Source: a virus. From it: a stretch of DNA of 64,000 bases. A program made the position numbers and the translations under genes. The stretch is from IMG/VR virus record IMGVR_UViG_3300044629_000131, positions 20,027 through 84,026 of that record; one strand, written 5' to 3'. Shown here one piece after another: positions 17,361 through 27,339 of the stretch (within the stretch, counting starts at the first letter, position 1; every line of letters begins with the position of its first letter). The notes beneath the pieces were generated by a model. It was not told where the DNA came from and did no database searches. It saw only the letters and a program-made list of their open reading frames with translations.

Positions 17361-19544
17361 ATGGCAAGTCAAGTCTCGCCTGGTGTTGTTATTAAGGAGC
17401 GTGATTTATCCAATGCTGTAGTAACTGGAGCACTCGCTATTCGCGCTGCTTTTGCCACTACATTTCGCACTGGACCAGTAGGCAAAGTAATTAACGTCAA
17501 TTCTGAAAGAGAATTAATTGACACCTTCGGAACACCAGCTGAGGCAAATGCTTCCGATTGGTTAGTGGGAGCAGAATTCCTACGTTACGGTGGACAATTA
17601 GCAGTTCTCCGCGCAGAAACAACCGTAAAGAACGCAACTAAGAGTGGCACTGGAGTTCTAATCGCTGATAAAGAAGCTTTTGATGCTGGTGTTACAACAG
17701 AAAAATTCGCTGCTCGTTACGCAGGAACCGAAGGTAATTACTATCGTGTAGTTATCGTTGATCGTGGTGCTGATTACAAAGTAGCAAAAGTAGGTCACGG
17801 TCTCTCGGTTGGTGGTACTTTCACAGATAACGCTGGTGTTACTCACGAAGTTTATGACGTTGTTGATAACGACAACTTCACAATCGTAAAGGGAAGCGCA
17901 GTACCAACATCAATTCCAACAGGAAAAATCCTAACAACCAATTCGGTTAGCGGAACTGCTGCCACTGGATCTGCTTCATATACTAGCGTTGCTTACACAA
18001 CTAACAGTGCTGCTGGAACAGGAGCAACATTCAATGTTTCTCGTGCTGGTGGAACTTACACAGTTACAGTTTCTGGTGGTGGATCTGGTTATGTTGCTGG
18101 AGATACTTTCACAATTCTTGGAACTGCTTTAGGTGGAACTTCCCCAACAAACGACTTAACATTCAATGCTGCTACCGTTGTTACCGTAGCATCAACGGTT
18201 TCCGCATACACCAACTCAGATTGGAACGCAGAACTAATTGGATCAACTGGTCTATCATTCAAGGCAATTGGTCCTCGTCCTGGTACTTCACCTTGGGCAG
18301 CAGAGCGTTATCTTTCATATGATGAAGTTCATGTTGCTGTAATTGACGAAAGAGATAATACTGTTGTTGAGCGTTTCCCATATCTTTCAAAGATCTCTGA
18401 TGCTAAGTCACCAGAAGGAAATTCAACATACTGGAAGTCAGCAATCAATGAGTTTTCAAACTACATCTATGCTGGTCAAGAATTGACTTCTGCTGAAATC
18501 ACAACTGCTGGTGAAAATCCTGGTGGAACTGCTGCTTCATACGCAGCAACTTCAGGTGCTCCAAAAGAATTGTCAAGAATTCTTCAAACTGCTGGCGGAA
18601 CTCTATCAGGTGGTCTTGATGATTATGCTTACACTGCTGGAGAAATTCAAGCAGCATATGATACTTTCCTTGATACAGAAGAAACCCAAATTGACTTTGT
18701 TCTAATGGGTGGTTCAATGAGTAATGAAGTTGATACAATTGCTAAGGCACAAGCAGTTGCTGCTGTCGCAAATAGCAGAAAAGATTGTGTCGCTTTCCTC
18801 TCACCATATGTTGGTAATCAGGTAGCTACTTCTGGAGGTGCTGCTATTACAGCATCTACCCAACTTTCAAATACCATCGCTTTCTTTGACAACATTGCTT
18901 CTAGCTCCTATGTTGTTTTAGATAGTGGTATCAAATACACCTATGATCGTTTCAACGATAAGTATCGTTACATCGGTTGTAACGGTGATGTTGCTGGACT
19001 TTGTGTTTCAACCTCGGCAATTCTAGATGACTGGTTCTCACCAGCTGGTCTAAATCGTGGGGGTGTTCAAAATGTTGTGAAGCTTGCTTTCAATCCAAAC
19101 AAAGCAGCAAGAGATGATCTCTACAGCAACAGAATTAACCCAATCGTTTCACTTCCTGGTTCTGGTCCTGTTCTCTTTGGAGACAAGACTGGTCTTGCTT
19201 CACCTTCCGCATTTGATAGAATTAACGTTCGTCGTTTGTTCCTCAATGTTGAGAAGAGAGCAAAAGCACTTGCTGAAGGAGTACTCTTTGAGCAAAACGA
19301 TAGCACCACTCGTTCAAACTTCACCGCTTCAATTTCTTCTTACTTAGCAGAAGTTCAAGCACGTAGAGGTGTCACTGACTTCCTTGTTGTTTGCGATGAA
19401 ACAAACAATACCCCAGAAGTCATTGATAGAAATGAGTTTGTGGCTGAACTCTACCTCAAGCCAACCCGCTCAATCAACTATGTAACGGTTACCGTAACGG
19501 CAACCAGAACGGGCGTTTCCTTCTCGGAAGTCGTTGGTAGATAA
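17361..19544 (+). CDS. gp18: Tail sheath protein gp18 with an inserted module
   Basis: SPGVVIKERD, WFSPAGLNRG, FDRINVRRLF, KPTRSIN. Confidence 0.97.
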   Translation: MASQVSPGVVIKERDLSNAVVTGALAIRAAFATTFRTGPVGKVINVNSERELIDTFGTPAEANASDWLVGAEFLRYGGQLAVLRAETTVKNATKSGTGVLIADKEAFDAGVTTEKFAARYAGTEGNYYRVVIVDRGADYKVAKVGHGLSVGGTFTDNAGVTHEVYDVVDNDNFTIVKGSAVPTSIPTGKILTTNSVSGTAATGSASYTSVAYTTNSAAGTGATFNVSRAGGTYTVTVSGGGSGYVAGDTFTILGTALGGTSPTNDLTFNAATVVTVASTVSAYTNSDWNAELIGSTGLSFKAIGPRPGTSPWAAERYLSYDEVHVAVIDERDNTVVERFPYLSKISDAKSPEGNSTYWKSAINEFSNYIYAGQELTSAEITTAGENPGGTAASYAATSGAPKELSRILQTAGGTLSGGLDDYAYTAGEIQAAYDTFLDTEETQIDFVLMGGSMSNEVDTIAKAQAVAAVANSRKDCVAFLSPYVGNQVATSGGAAITASTQLSNTIAFFDNIASSSYVVLDSGIKYTYDRFNDKYRYIGCNGDVAGLCVSTSAILDDWFSPAGLNRGGVQNVVKLAFNPNKAARDDLYSNRINPIVSLPGSGPVLFGDKTGLASPSAFDRINVRRLFLNVEKRAKALAEGVLFEQNDSTTRSNFTASISSYLAEVQARRGVTDFLVVCDETNNTPEVIDRNEFVAELYLKPTRSINYVTVTVTATRTGVSFSEVVGR

Positions 19545-19581
19545 TTAGTAGTATAAGAAAAAATCACAGAGGTAACCACTA

Positions 19582-20169
19582 ATGGCATCGTCAAACGTAA
19601 GTCAGTTCCTACAAACTATCGGTCAGGGCGTGAAGCCCAACATGTTCCTGATTGATGTTCAGTTTCCTGCCACGCTATCAAAGCAGTCAGAAGATCAAAA
19701 TCTTACAAATCTACTTTGTAAGTCAGCAGCACTCCCAGGTTCAAACCTAGGTGTTATCGAAGTTCCTTTCCGTGGAAGAACAGTTAAGATCGCAGGTGAT
19801 CGCACCTTTGATACTTGGACTGCCACCTTCTTCAACGATAAGGACTTCAAACTACGCTCATTCTTTGAGCAGTGGGCAAATAGCATCAACACTCACGAGG
19901 GCAACACTGCTCCTCTCTTTACTCCAAACAATTCGTCTGGTTATATGGCTGACCTTGGAGTTAAGCAACTAGAGAAAGATGCTAGCGAAGAAGGTGCTAT
20001 CTTGAGAACATACTCACTCAAGTATTGCTTCCCAACCAATGTTTCTCAAATTGATGTTGCTTATGATAGCAATGATCAAATTGAAGAATTCACAGTTGAG
20101 TTCCAATATTCGTACTTCACTGCCGAGGCAGGAACCAGACAGGGCGTATCTTCACTCCCAGTAGTCTGA
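19582..20169 (+). CDS. gp19: Tail tube protein gp19
   Basis: CKSAALPGS, VPFRGR..KIAGDRTFDTW, IEEFTVEFQY. Confidence 0.97.
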   Translation: MASSNVSQFLQTIGQGVKPNMFLIDVQFPATLSKQSEDQNLTNLLCKSAALPGSNLGVIEVPFRGRTVKIAGDRTFDTWTATFFNDKDFKLRSFFEQWANSINTHEGNTAPLFTPNNSSGYMADLGVKQLEKDASEEGAILRTYSLKYCFPTNVSQIDVAYDSNDQIEEFTVEFQYSYFTAEAGTRQGVSSLPVV

Positions 20170-20204
20170 TAAATAGTTGGAAGCAGTAATTTGAATATCT
20201 AATC

Positions 20205-21914
20205 ATGAGTCAACTATTTGGCTTCCAAATTAATCGAAAGGAGGCACAGAAGGGTCAGTCCCCTGTGCCTCCTTCTGCTGACGAACCGATTGCGGTTGCG
20301 GCAGGTGGTTATTATGGAACATATGTAGAAACGGATAATGCTTCTCAAGCTCGTAATGAGTTTGAGTTGATCCGTCGTTATCGTGACATGGCACTTCACC
20401 CAGAAGTTGATAGTGCTATTGATGAAGTTGTGAATGAATTTGTAGTAAGTGATGCTAACGATAGTCCAGTAGAAATCAACTTAGATAATCTAGATGTTGG
20501 ATCTGGAGTAAAAAATAAAATTAGAAATGAATTTGATTATATCAAAAGACTTTTAAATTTTGATAATCGCGCACATGAGATTGTGCGTAACTGGTATATT
20601 GATGGTAGAGTATTCTACCACAAAGTAATTGATCTAGACAACCCAAAGAAAGGTATTACGGAACTTCGTTATATTGATCCGATGAAGATCAAGAAGGTTC
20701 GTCAAAAGATTGATGATAAACCAAAAGATTCTCTTGCTCGTGCTGCCATCAAAGGAACAGCACTTGAGTATGAGTACGGAACATTTGTAGATTATTATTT
20801 GTTCAATCCAAAAGGTTTCTATCAAGGTGGTGTCCTAGGACCAATTGGTGACATGTCACTTTCACAAGGAGTGAAGATGGCAGTTGATAGCGTCACCTTT
20901 ATTCCTTCTGGACTACAAGATCTCAATAAGCGTATGACGCTGAGCTTCCTCCATAAGGCAATCAAATCTCTCAATCAGCTGAGAATGATTGAAGATAGTT
21001 TGGTAATCTACAGATTGTCACGCGCACCAGAACGTAGAATTTTTTATATTGATGTAGGCAATCTTCCAAAGGTAAAAGCAGAGCAATACCTCCGCGATGT
21101 AATGTCTCGTTACAGAAATAAACTTGTATATGATTCTTCAACTGGAGAGATGCGTGATGATAAAAAGCATATGTCTATGCTTGAAGATTTCTGGTTACCT
21201 CGTCGTGAAGGCGGTAGAGGAACTGAGATCACTACACTCCCAGGCGGTCAAAACCTTGGCGAACTCAAGGACGTTGAGTATTTCAAAAAGAAACTTTACA
21301 ACTCACTAAACCTACCACCTTCCCGCCTTACGGATGACAACAAAGGGTTTAATCTTGGTAAGACCACAGAGGTTCTCAGGGATGAACTCAAATTTGCTAA
21401 GTTCATCGGTCGTCTCCGCAAGCGTTTCAGCGAACTATTCCAGGATATTCTCAAGACACAACTAATTCTCAAGGGTATCATCTCACCAGAAGATTGGGAT
21501 GATATGAAAGAGCATATCCAATACGACTTCTTATTTGATAATCATTTCAACGAACTGAAAGAAATTGAAATGATGACACAGCGTATTGCTATTGTCACAC
21601 AGATGGATCCTTTTGCTGGCAAATACTTCTCTGTTGAATATATCCGTAAGCATATCCTCAATCAAACTGAAAAAGAATTCAAGGAAATTGATAAGCAGAT
21701 GAAGGGAGAGATCGCATCTGGTCTTGCGATTGATCCAGCACAGACAAATATGCTGGATACTATGTCACAGCAAAACACAGCATTTAGTCCAGAAATTTCA
21801 AATATTCAGGCACAAGATAGTGCTGCTAGAGAGCAAGAAGCTGCGGACGCAAATCTAGATCGAGAGATGGAAAAGATGAAGGCGCAACCTAAACCTACGC
21901 CAAAGTCTAAATAA
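20205..21914 (+). CDS. gp20: Portal protein gp20
   Basis: IYRLSRAPERRIFYIDVGNLP, EDFWLPRREGGRGTEI. Confidence 0.98.
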   Translation: MSQLFGFQINRKEAQKGQSPVPPSADEPIAVAAGGYYGTYVETDNASQARNEFELIRRYRDMALHPEVDSAIDEVVNEFVVSDANDSPVEINLDNLDVGSGVKNKIRNEFDYIKRLLNFDNRAHEIVRNWYIDGRVFYHKVIDLDNPKKGITELRYIDPMKIKKVRQKIDDKPKDSLARAAIKGTALEYEYGTFVDYYLFNPKGFYQGGVLGPIGDMSLSQGVKMAVDSVTFIPSGLQDLNKRMTLSFLHKAIKSLNQLRMIEDSLVIYRLSRAPERRIFYIDVGNLPKVKAEQYLRDVMSRYRNKLVYDSSTGEMRDDKKHMSMLEDFWLPRREGGRGTEITTLPGGQNLGELKDVEYFKKKLYNSLNLPPSRLTDDNKGFNLGKTTEVLRDELKFAKFIGRLRKRFSELFQDILKTQLILKGIISPEDWDDMKEHIQYDFLFDNHFNELKEIEMMTQRIAIVTQMDPFAGKYFSVEYIRKHILNQTEKEFKEIDKQMKGEIASGLAIDPAQTNMLDTMSQQNTAFSPEISNIQAQDSAAREQEAADANLDREMEKMKAQPKPTPKSK

Positions 21915-21933
21915 AATATATTGTTATCTTATC

Positions 21934-22143
21934 ATGACTGAAACTAATAACGAAATGGGTGCCGTTGATATTGTTGGCAAGATCAGCGATAACGACAGAG
22001 CATCTGCGATTGACGCAATCCACGACATGCTATTTGCTAAAGCATCTGATGCTATGGCGCAATATAAGCAAGTAGTGGCAAACACATTCTTTGACGAACC
22101 AACCGAAACCGAAACCGATGAAACTGATAACGGAACAGATTGA
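21934..22143 (+). CDS. Small acidic prohead core protein (gp67/68-like)
   Basis: Position between gp20 and gp21; acidic tail; late promoter ~21907. Confidence 0.6.
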   Translation: MTETNNEMGAVDIVGKISDNDRASAIDAIHDMLFAKASDAMAQYKQVVANTFFDEPTETETDETDNGTD

Positions 22144-22762
22144 GGACGTAAAAGTTCTCACAGAAGAAAAGAACGGAAAGAAACTTCTTTATATTGAAGG
22201 AGTTTTTCTTCAGTCTGAACTCAAGAACCGCAACGGTCGTATGTATCCTTTCGATGTTCTCAACCGCGAGGTTCAGAGATACAACGAAGAATATGTAAAG
22301 TCAAAGAGAGCTCTTGGAGAACTAGGACACCCAGACGGTCCTACTATCAATCTTGATAGAGTGTCACATAGAATTGTTGAACTCCGCGCAGAAGGACACA
22401 ACTTCTATGGCAAGGCACAAATTCTAGATACTCCCATGGGACAGATTGCTAAGTCACTTCTTGGTGAAGGAGTACAACTTGGTGTTTCTTCTCGTGGCAT
22501 GGGAAGTATTGACAAGAGAGAGGATATCTCGATTGTCCGCGATGACTTCTTCCTAACCACCGCTGCTGATATTGTAGCAGATCCTTCCGCACCAGATGCT
22601 TTTGTAAATGGCATCATGGAAGGAAAAGAGTGGATTTGGGACAACGGAATTCTAAAGGAAGCGAAAGTAGATAAATATCGCAAGTATATTGATGAGGCAA
22701 CTCGTCAAAATATGGAAGCGAGAACGCTCAAAGTGTTTGAGCATTTTCTCTCAAATCTTTGA
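22118..22762 (+). CDS. gp21: Prohead protease gp21
   Basis: MKLITE start; NRNGRMY, GELGHP, GVSSRGMGS, DIVADPSAPDAFV. Confidence 0.96.
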   Translation: MKLITEQIEDVKVLTEEKNGKKLLYIEGVFLQSELKNRNGRMYPFDVLNREVQRYNEEYVKSKRALGELGHPDGPTINLDRVSHRIVELRAEGHNFYGKAQILDTPMGQIAKSLLGEGVQLGVSSRGMGSIDKREDISIVRDDFFLTTAADIVADPSAPDAFVNGIMEGKEWIWDNGILKEAKVDKYRKYIDEATRQNMEARTLKVFEHFLSNL

Positions 22763-22813
22763 TTTCATAAATAAACTTAGAATAATTATACGGAAATTAC
22801 GAGGTAAACTCAA

Positions 22814-23974
22814 ATGTCAGATATGCTAAACGAAAAGTTTGAAGAGTTCGTTACCGAGCAAAAGGTGATTCTTGAAGCTGGCGATCCTATGCCAACTGTT
22901 CAAGCTTCTGTAATTCCTGGCTCTGGAAGCGACCCTTCACAGGTTTCTGACGTTCAGACTGCGAAGGCTGGCGGCAAAGATCCTGCTCCTACCGTCCAAC
23001 CTTCTGTTGCGATCGGTCAATCAGCTCCTGCTGATCTAGGCGGTTCAACCTCCGCGCCTCTTCATTCTAATGACGAAGATGGTGAAGAGAACCCAGGTGC
23101 GAAAGCAGCAGCACCTATCTCGCAAATTTCTGGTGATCCTCAGTTCGCAGCAAAGAAAGATGCTGGCGATCAAGGAACTCAACCAACAGTAAATGTTGCC
23201 GCAGCATACGGCATCACTAAGATGGGCGGAAATGTCACTTATCCAATTAAAGCTGGATTTGAAATTGACATGACCGACGACGTAAATGCTCTCCTTGAGG
23301 GCACCGAACTCTCAGAAGAGTTTGCTGAGAAAGCAAAGACAATCTTTGAAGCAGCAGTAACAGCAAAACTCAACTCAGAGTATGACAAGCTTGTAGAGCA
23401 CTTTGCCAACGAACTAGATAAGCAAGTTGAAGCAATCAAGAACGAACTTGCTGAAGAAGTTAATGGCACCGTGACCTACGCCATCGGTCAATGGATGGAA
23501 GAGAACCAAGTAGCTATTGACCGTGGTATCAGAAATGAGATTACCGAAGACTTCATCGCAGGTCTTAAGGGTCTCTTTGAAGAGCACTACATTTCGATCC
23601 CCGACGACAAGGTTGATGTGGTCGAAGGTATGGCTGAATCAATTCGTGAAATGGAAGAGCGCCTCGACGAACAGGTTAAGGCTAATGTGAAACTACAAAA
23701 TCGTCTGAATGAGACTGCCAAAATCAACATTCTGAACACTGTTTCGGAAGGACTAGCAGATACTCAGAAAGAAAAACTAGCAGCACTTGCTGAAGGTCTA
23801 GAGTTTGTCTCAGAAGAGTCATTCGCCGCGAAGGTAAAAACCATCAAGGAGTCTTACTTTAAAGAGTCAATCGCTACCCCAGTAGAGACTGTAGATGAAA
23901 CTCCAGTAGAGGGTCAGGAAGTATCACCAGCAATGGCAGCATACCTCCAAGCACTCAACCGCTGGGGTAACTGA
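22814..23974 (+). CDS. gp22: Prohead core scaffold gp22
   Basis: EFAEKAKTIFEAAV, LKGLFEEHYI; acidic coiled coil. Confidence 0.93.
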   Translation: MSDMLNEKFEEFVTEQKVILEAGDPMPTVQASVIPGSGSDPSQVSDVQTAKAGGKDPAPTVQPSVAIGQSAPADLGGSTSAPLHSNDEDGEENPGAKAAAPISQISGDPQFAAKKDAGDQGTQPTVNVAAAYGITKMGGNVTYPIKAGFEIDMTDDVNALLEGTELSEEFAEKAKTIFEAAVTAKLNSEYDKLVEHFANELDKQVEAIKNELAEEVNGTVTYAIGQWMEENQVAIDRGIRNEITEDFIAGLKGLFEEHYISIPDDKVDVVEGMAESIREMEERLDEQVKANVKLQNRLNETAKINILNTVSEGLADTQKEKLAALAEGLEFVSEESFAAKVKTIKESYFKESIATPVETVDETPVEGQEVSPAMAAYLQALNRWGN

Positions 23975-24012
23975 TAATTCGTTAACACCTATTTTTCAAA
24001 CGGAGCAAACAA

Positions 24013-25440
24013 ATGTTTAACGCACAAGCTCTAACCGAAAAGTGGTCACCTGTTCTAGGTCATGAAGGCGCTGGCGCTATCAAGGACAATTATAGAAAGG
24101 CTGTTACCGCTGTTCTGTTAGAAAACACAGAAAAGGCACTACGCGAAGAGCGTGGTATGATCAACGAAGCATCCAACACAGTTGGTGCTATTGGTTCCAA
24201 CGCACTTTCGGGTAGCGCACTAGGAACCCAAACTGGTGGTCTCGCAGGTTTCGATCCTGTTATGATCTCCCTAATCCGCAGAGCAATGCCTAACCTCGTT
24301 GCTTATGACATCTGCGGTGTTCAACCAATGAGCGGTCCTACTGGACTAATCTTTGCGATGAAGTATCACTATCAAGAAAATGGTTCAGCTCTTCGTGCTG
24401 GTCCAGAAGCTCTCTACAACGAGCCTGATAGCAACTTCTCTGCTTCTTCAACTGGTGCTGGTGTATATAACCAGACCAACGCTGCTGGTGGCGATGACAC
24501 CCACCCAAGAGGCGATGGTGGCACTACTGATGCTAACCCTGGTCTCCTAAATGACAGCGGCACTTATGAGCGCGGTTCAACTGCTATTCCTCGTGAGACT
24601 GCTGAAATTCTAGGTTCAGGCGCTGGTGCTCTCTTCAACGAAATGAGCTTCAGCATCGAGAAGACTTCGGTACAAGCACGTACCAGAGCACTCAAGGCTG
24701 AGTACACTCTAGAACTCGCACAAGACCTTAAGGCAATCCACGGTCTTGATGCTGAGCAGGAACTTGCTAACCTACTCTCCAGCGAAATCCTTGCTGAGAT
24801 CAACCGTGAAGTTGTAAGAACCGTTTATACCGTTGCTAAGCCTGGTGCTCAGAACAACGTTGCTAACGCTGGTATCTTCGACCTCGACGTTGACTCAAAC
24901 GGTCGCTGGTCAGTTGAGAAGTTCAAGGGTCTCATGTTCCAAGTTGAGCGCGATGCTAACGCTATTGCTCAGCAAACCCGTCGTGGTAAGGGCAACTTCA
25001 TCATCACTTCTGCTGATGTTGCTTCTGCTCTCGCTATGAGCGGCACCCTTGATTATTCTTCAGGTCTATCAGGCGCTGGTGGTCCTTCCATCGGTGAAGT
25101 TGATGACACTGGCAACCTCCTAGTAGGAACCATGAACGGTCGTATCAAGGTCTATGTTGATCCTTATTCGGCAAACGTTTCCAGCAACCACTACTACGTT
25201 GTTGGTTATAAGGGTTCTTCACCATATGACGCAGGACTATTCTACTGCCCATATGTTCCCCTCCAGATGCTACGCAGCATTGATCCTAACACCTTCCAAC
25301 CTAAGATTGGCTTTAAGACCCGTTACGGAATGGTTGCTAACCCATTTGTCACCCAGTCAAATGGAACCCCAGATGCTGAGACCCTCACAGCAAACCGCAA
25401 CCAGTACTACAGAAGAGTACTTGTTAAGAACCTCATGTGA
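24013..25440 (+). CDS. gp23: Major capsid protein gp23
   Basis: GVQPMSGPTGLIFA, RALKAEYTLELAQDLKAIHGLDAE, FQPKIGFKTRYG. Confidence 0.98.
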   Translation: MFNAQALTEKWSPVLGHEGAGAIKDNYRKAVTAVLLENTEKALREERGMINEASNTVGAIGSNALSGSALGTQTGGLAGFDPVMISLIRRAMPNLVAYDICGVQPMSGPTGLIFAMKYHYQENGSALRAGPEALYNEPDSNFSASSTGAGVYNQTNAAGGDDTHPRGDGGTTDANPGLLNDSGTYERGSTAIPRETAEILGSGAGALFNEMSFSIEKTSVQARTRALKAEYTLELAQDLKAIHGLDAEQELANLLSSEILAEINREVVRTVYTVAKPGAQNNVANAGIFDLDVDSNGRWSVEKFKGLMFQVERDANAIAQQTRRGKGNFIITSADVASALAMSGTLDYSSGLSGAGGPSIGEVDDTGNLLVGTMNGRIKVYVDPYSANVSSNHYYVVGYKGSSPYDAGLFYCPYVPLQMLRSIDPNTFQPKIGFKTRYGMVANPFVTQSNGTPDAETLTANRNQYYRRVLVKNLM

Positions 25441-25461
25441 TCCATTCACAATTCAACACAC

Positions 25462-25488
25462 AGGGGACCCGAAAGGGTCCTTTTTTTT
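25462..25488 (+). terminator. Intrinsic terminator after gp23
   Basis: GGACCC-GAAA-GGGTCC followed by T8. Confidence 0.92.
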
Positions 25489-25518
25489 GTAAATAGTAAA
25501 TAGCATTTTTGTTACGTT

Positions 25519-25683
25519 ATGCCAAGAGGAATGATGAGTAAGGTTGACATGCTCGCAAGAGTATATAAAATGAAGACAGCATTACATGATGGTATTTTTG
25601 CTGATAGAGGTAAGGATTGGAATGATGGTGCTAATTACACTTTAGATAGAATTTTAGACATTCTAAACGAATATCACAAATGA
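25519..25683 (+). CDS. 54-aa hypothetical protein (not in ORF track)
   Basis: MPRGMMSKVDMLARVYKMKTALHDG...W.DGA..TLDRILDILNEY; ATGA overlap with next gene. Confidence 0.65.
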   Translation: MPRGMMSKVDMLARVYKMKTALHDGIFADRGKDWNDGANYTLDRILDILNEYHK

Positions 25684-25865
25684 ATCAATCTTCTATTATA
25701 TTACTATTATGCTTGTCACCGTTAGCGGTGATCTTTTTAGTTATGAAGGTAGCACTTTGGATAGGAGAAACAGCATCATTTGCGGCAAAAACTAAAGAGT
25801 TAGAAAAAATGCAGCATGGTCCATATATTGTCTGGGATGAAGAGGAGGAAGATGAATGGTCTTAG
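25680..25865 (+). CDS. Small membrane protein
   Basis: TM segment IILLLCLSPLAVIFLVMKVALW; acidic tail. Confidence 0.65.
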   Translation: MNQSSIILLLCLSPLAVIFLVMKVALWIGETASFAAKTKELEKMQHGPYIVWDEEEEDEWS

Positions 25866-26026
25866 ATGATTTGTATAGAAGAGTAGCAAGAGCAAAAATA
25901 AACATCTTGATGGAAGAACCATGCCCAATGTATGAACCAGAATGGGAAAACAATTATGGCACATCGTATGAAAAAATTATCACCAGAAAAACTAGTAACA
26001 CAGAAAGAATGTCAGGAGATGATTGA
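25856..26026 (+). CDS. Possible 56-aa hypothetical protein
   Basis: MVLDDLYRRVARAKINILMEEPCPMYEPEW...; GAGGAGG upstream; long overlap with next gene. Confidence 0.35.
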   Translation: MVLDDLYRRVARAKINILMEEPCPMYEPEWENNYGTSYEKIITRKTSNTERMSGDD

Positions 26027-26174
26027 TGCTGCTATACGACAGCACAATCGAAATGCTTCCATTATTTCTATGTGCGTTGGTTGGGTGGTTCTTGCTTTAT
26101 TTGCTGAAGGACTTCTAAGACTTATTGGCGTCATTCCCCCACTACTACCATGGCTCAACATTACCCTGAAATAA
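25956..26174 (+). CDS. Small membrane protein
   Basis: ECQEMIDAAIRQHNRNASIISMCVGWVVLALFAEGLLRL. Confidence 0.7.
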   Translation: MAHRMKKLSPEKLVTQKECQEMIDAAIRQHNRNASIISMCVGWVVLALFAEGLLRLIGVIPPLLPWLNITLK

Positions 26175-26329
26175 TAGGAATAGTTTTGTTGTTAGTGTTT
26201 GCTTCAACTATGTTCTATCAAGGAACATGTATCCTCAAAGGAAAACGCGGATATTCTTTGAGAGATTATATGAAGCAGGAAAGCACTAACATGCGTCACA
26301 GAATAGAAGAACTACTCAAGGATAAATAA
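26150..26329 (+). CDS. 59-aa membrane protein (not in ORF track)
   Basis: MAQHYPEIIGIVLLLVFASTMFYQG...RHRIEELLKDK. Confidence 0.6.
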   Translation: MAQHYPEIIGIVLLLVFASTMFYQGTCILKGKRGYSLRDYMKQESTNMRHRIEELLKDK

Positions 26330-26350
26330 CTAGTAGCTTGGGAAGTTGAC

Positions 26351-26869
26351 ATGACCGCTGAGTGGTACAAGGATCAACCAAGGAATAGGAATTTTCTAAA
26401 TCCAGTTGGTTATCTTTTGAAATTAGATAAATTTGAAGGAACGGATTTCTTTTGTCAAAGAGCAAACGTTCCTGATATCACTATGCCAACAACAGAGTTT
26501 GCGACAAGATTTCGCAACCTACCTATTATCCCTGGAGGTGGTGTCACCTTTGGGGATTTTACTGTTCAATTTATTGTTGATGAAGATCTAAAGAATTATT
26601 ATTCAATTCATAAGTGGATGCGTCAGAATGGCAGAGCAGATGATGATGCCGATACTCCACCAAAAGAAGAATATAGTAATGCTCAACTACACATTGTAAC
26701 TTCATCATACAATCCCGCATTTATTGTATCGTTTGAGAATATTTTTCCAGTGTCATTGTCTGGTCTAGAATTCAATGCTACAATGACAGATGTAGAATAT
26801 ATTACTGCTGAAGTTACATTTAAGCATCAGCGATTTTTTATCCTTGACAAAAATATGAAACCCCTATGA
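26351..26869 (+). CDS. gp3: Tail completion/tube terminator gp3
   Basis: NFLNPVGY, FFCQRANVP, FIVDEDLKNY, FPVSLS; late promoter ~26322. Confidence 0.88.
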   Translation: MTAEWYKDQPRNRNFLNPVGYLLKLDKFEGTDFFCQRANVPDITMPTTEFATRFRNLPIIPGGGVTFGDFTVQFIVDEDLKNYYSIHKWMRQNGRADDDADTPPKEEYSNAQLHIVTSSYNPAFIVSFENIFPVSLSGLEFNATMTDVEYITAEVTFKHQRFFILDKNMKPL

Positions 26870-27339
26870 ATTTTGAAACTCTTCGTAATAAATTTGATCA
26901 ACTACGTGAAGAATGGGCAGAAGATAGCGCGGTAGATTTCCAGTTCAAGAACAAACAGTATACCACAGATCTTGGACAACTTGCGTTAGACATCCCTTTC
27001 CAACACAATAAATACTTAAACCATTACACTGATATCTCACAGATCAAAACTTCTCTGGAGTTTGAAATCAGAAAACTTGTAAAAGAAAAACGCGAATACT
27101 ACAGCGGTGAAGCTGATGCTCGTGTTTACGCAGAAAAACCTTTTGGCGGAAGAATTCAAACTTCCGAAAAAATGAAGACTTACCTAGAGAGTGATGATGA
27201 GATTATCAATCTTGAGGCGAAGATCAAGTATCTAGACCAGATGTTGTACTGGTTGGATCAGGTTATGCGACAGATTTCAAATAGAGGGTTTCAGATCAAG
27301 AGTGCCATTGAATGGGAGAAATTTATTAATGGACAATAA
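26866..27339 (+). CDS. uvsY: Recombination mediator UvsY
   Basis: EYYSGEA, YLESD, RGFQIKSAIEWEKF; upstream of uvsW. Confidence 0.9.
   Translation: MNFETLRNKFDQLREEWAEDSAVDFQFKNKQYTTDLGQLALDIPFQHNKYLNHYTDISQIKTSLEFEIRKLVKEKREYYSGEADARVYAEKPFGGRIQTSEKMKTYLESDDEIINLEAKIKYLDQMLYWLDQVMRQISNRGFQIKSAIEWEKFINGQ

Noticed and set aside
22097-22130. AACCGA tandem repeats
   Set aside because: Simply encode the ETETDETD acidic tail overlapping the gp21 start.
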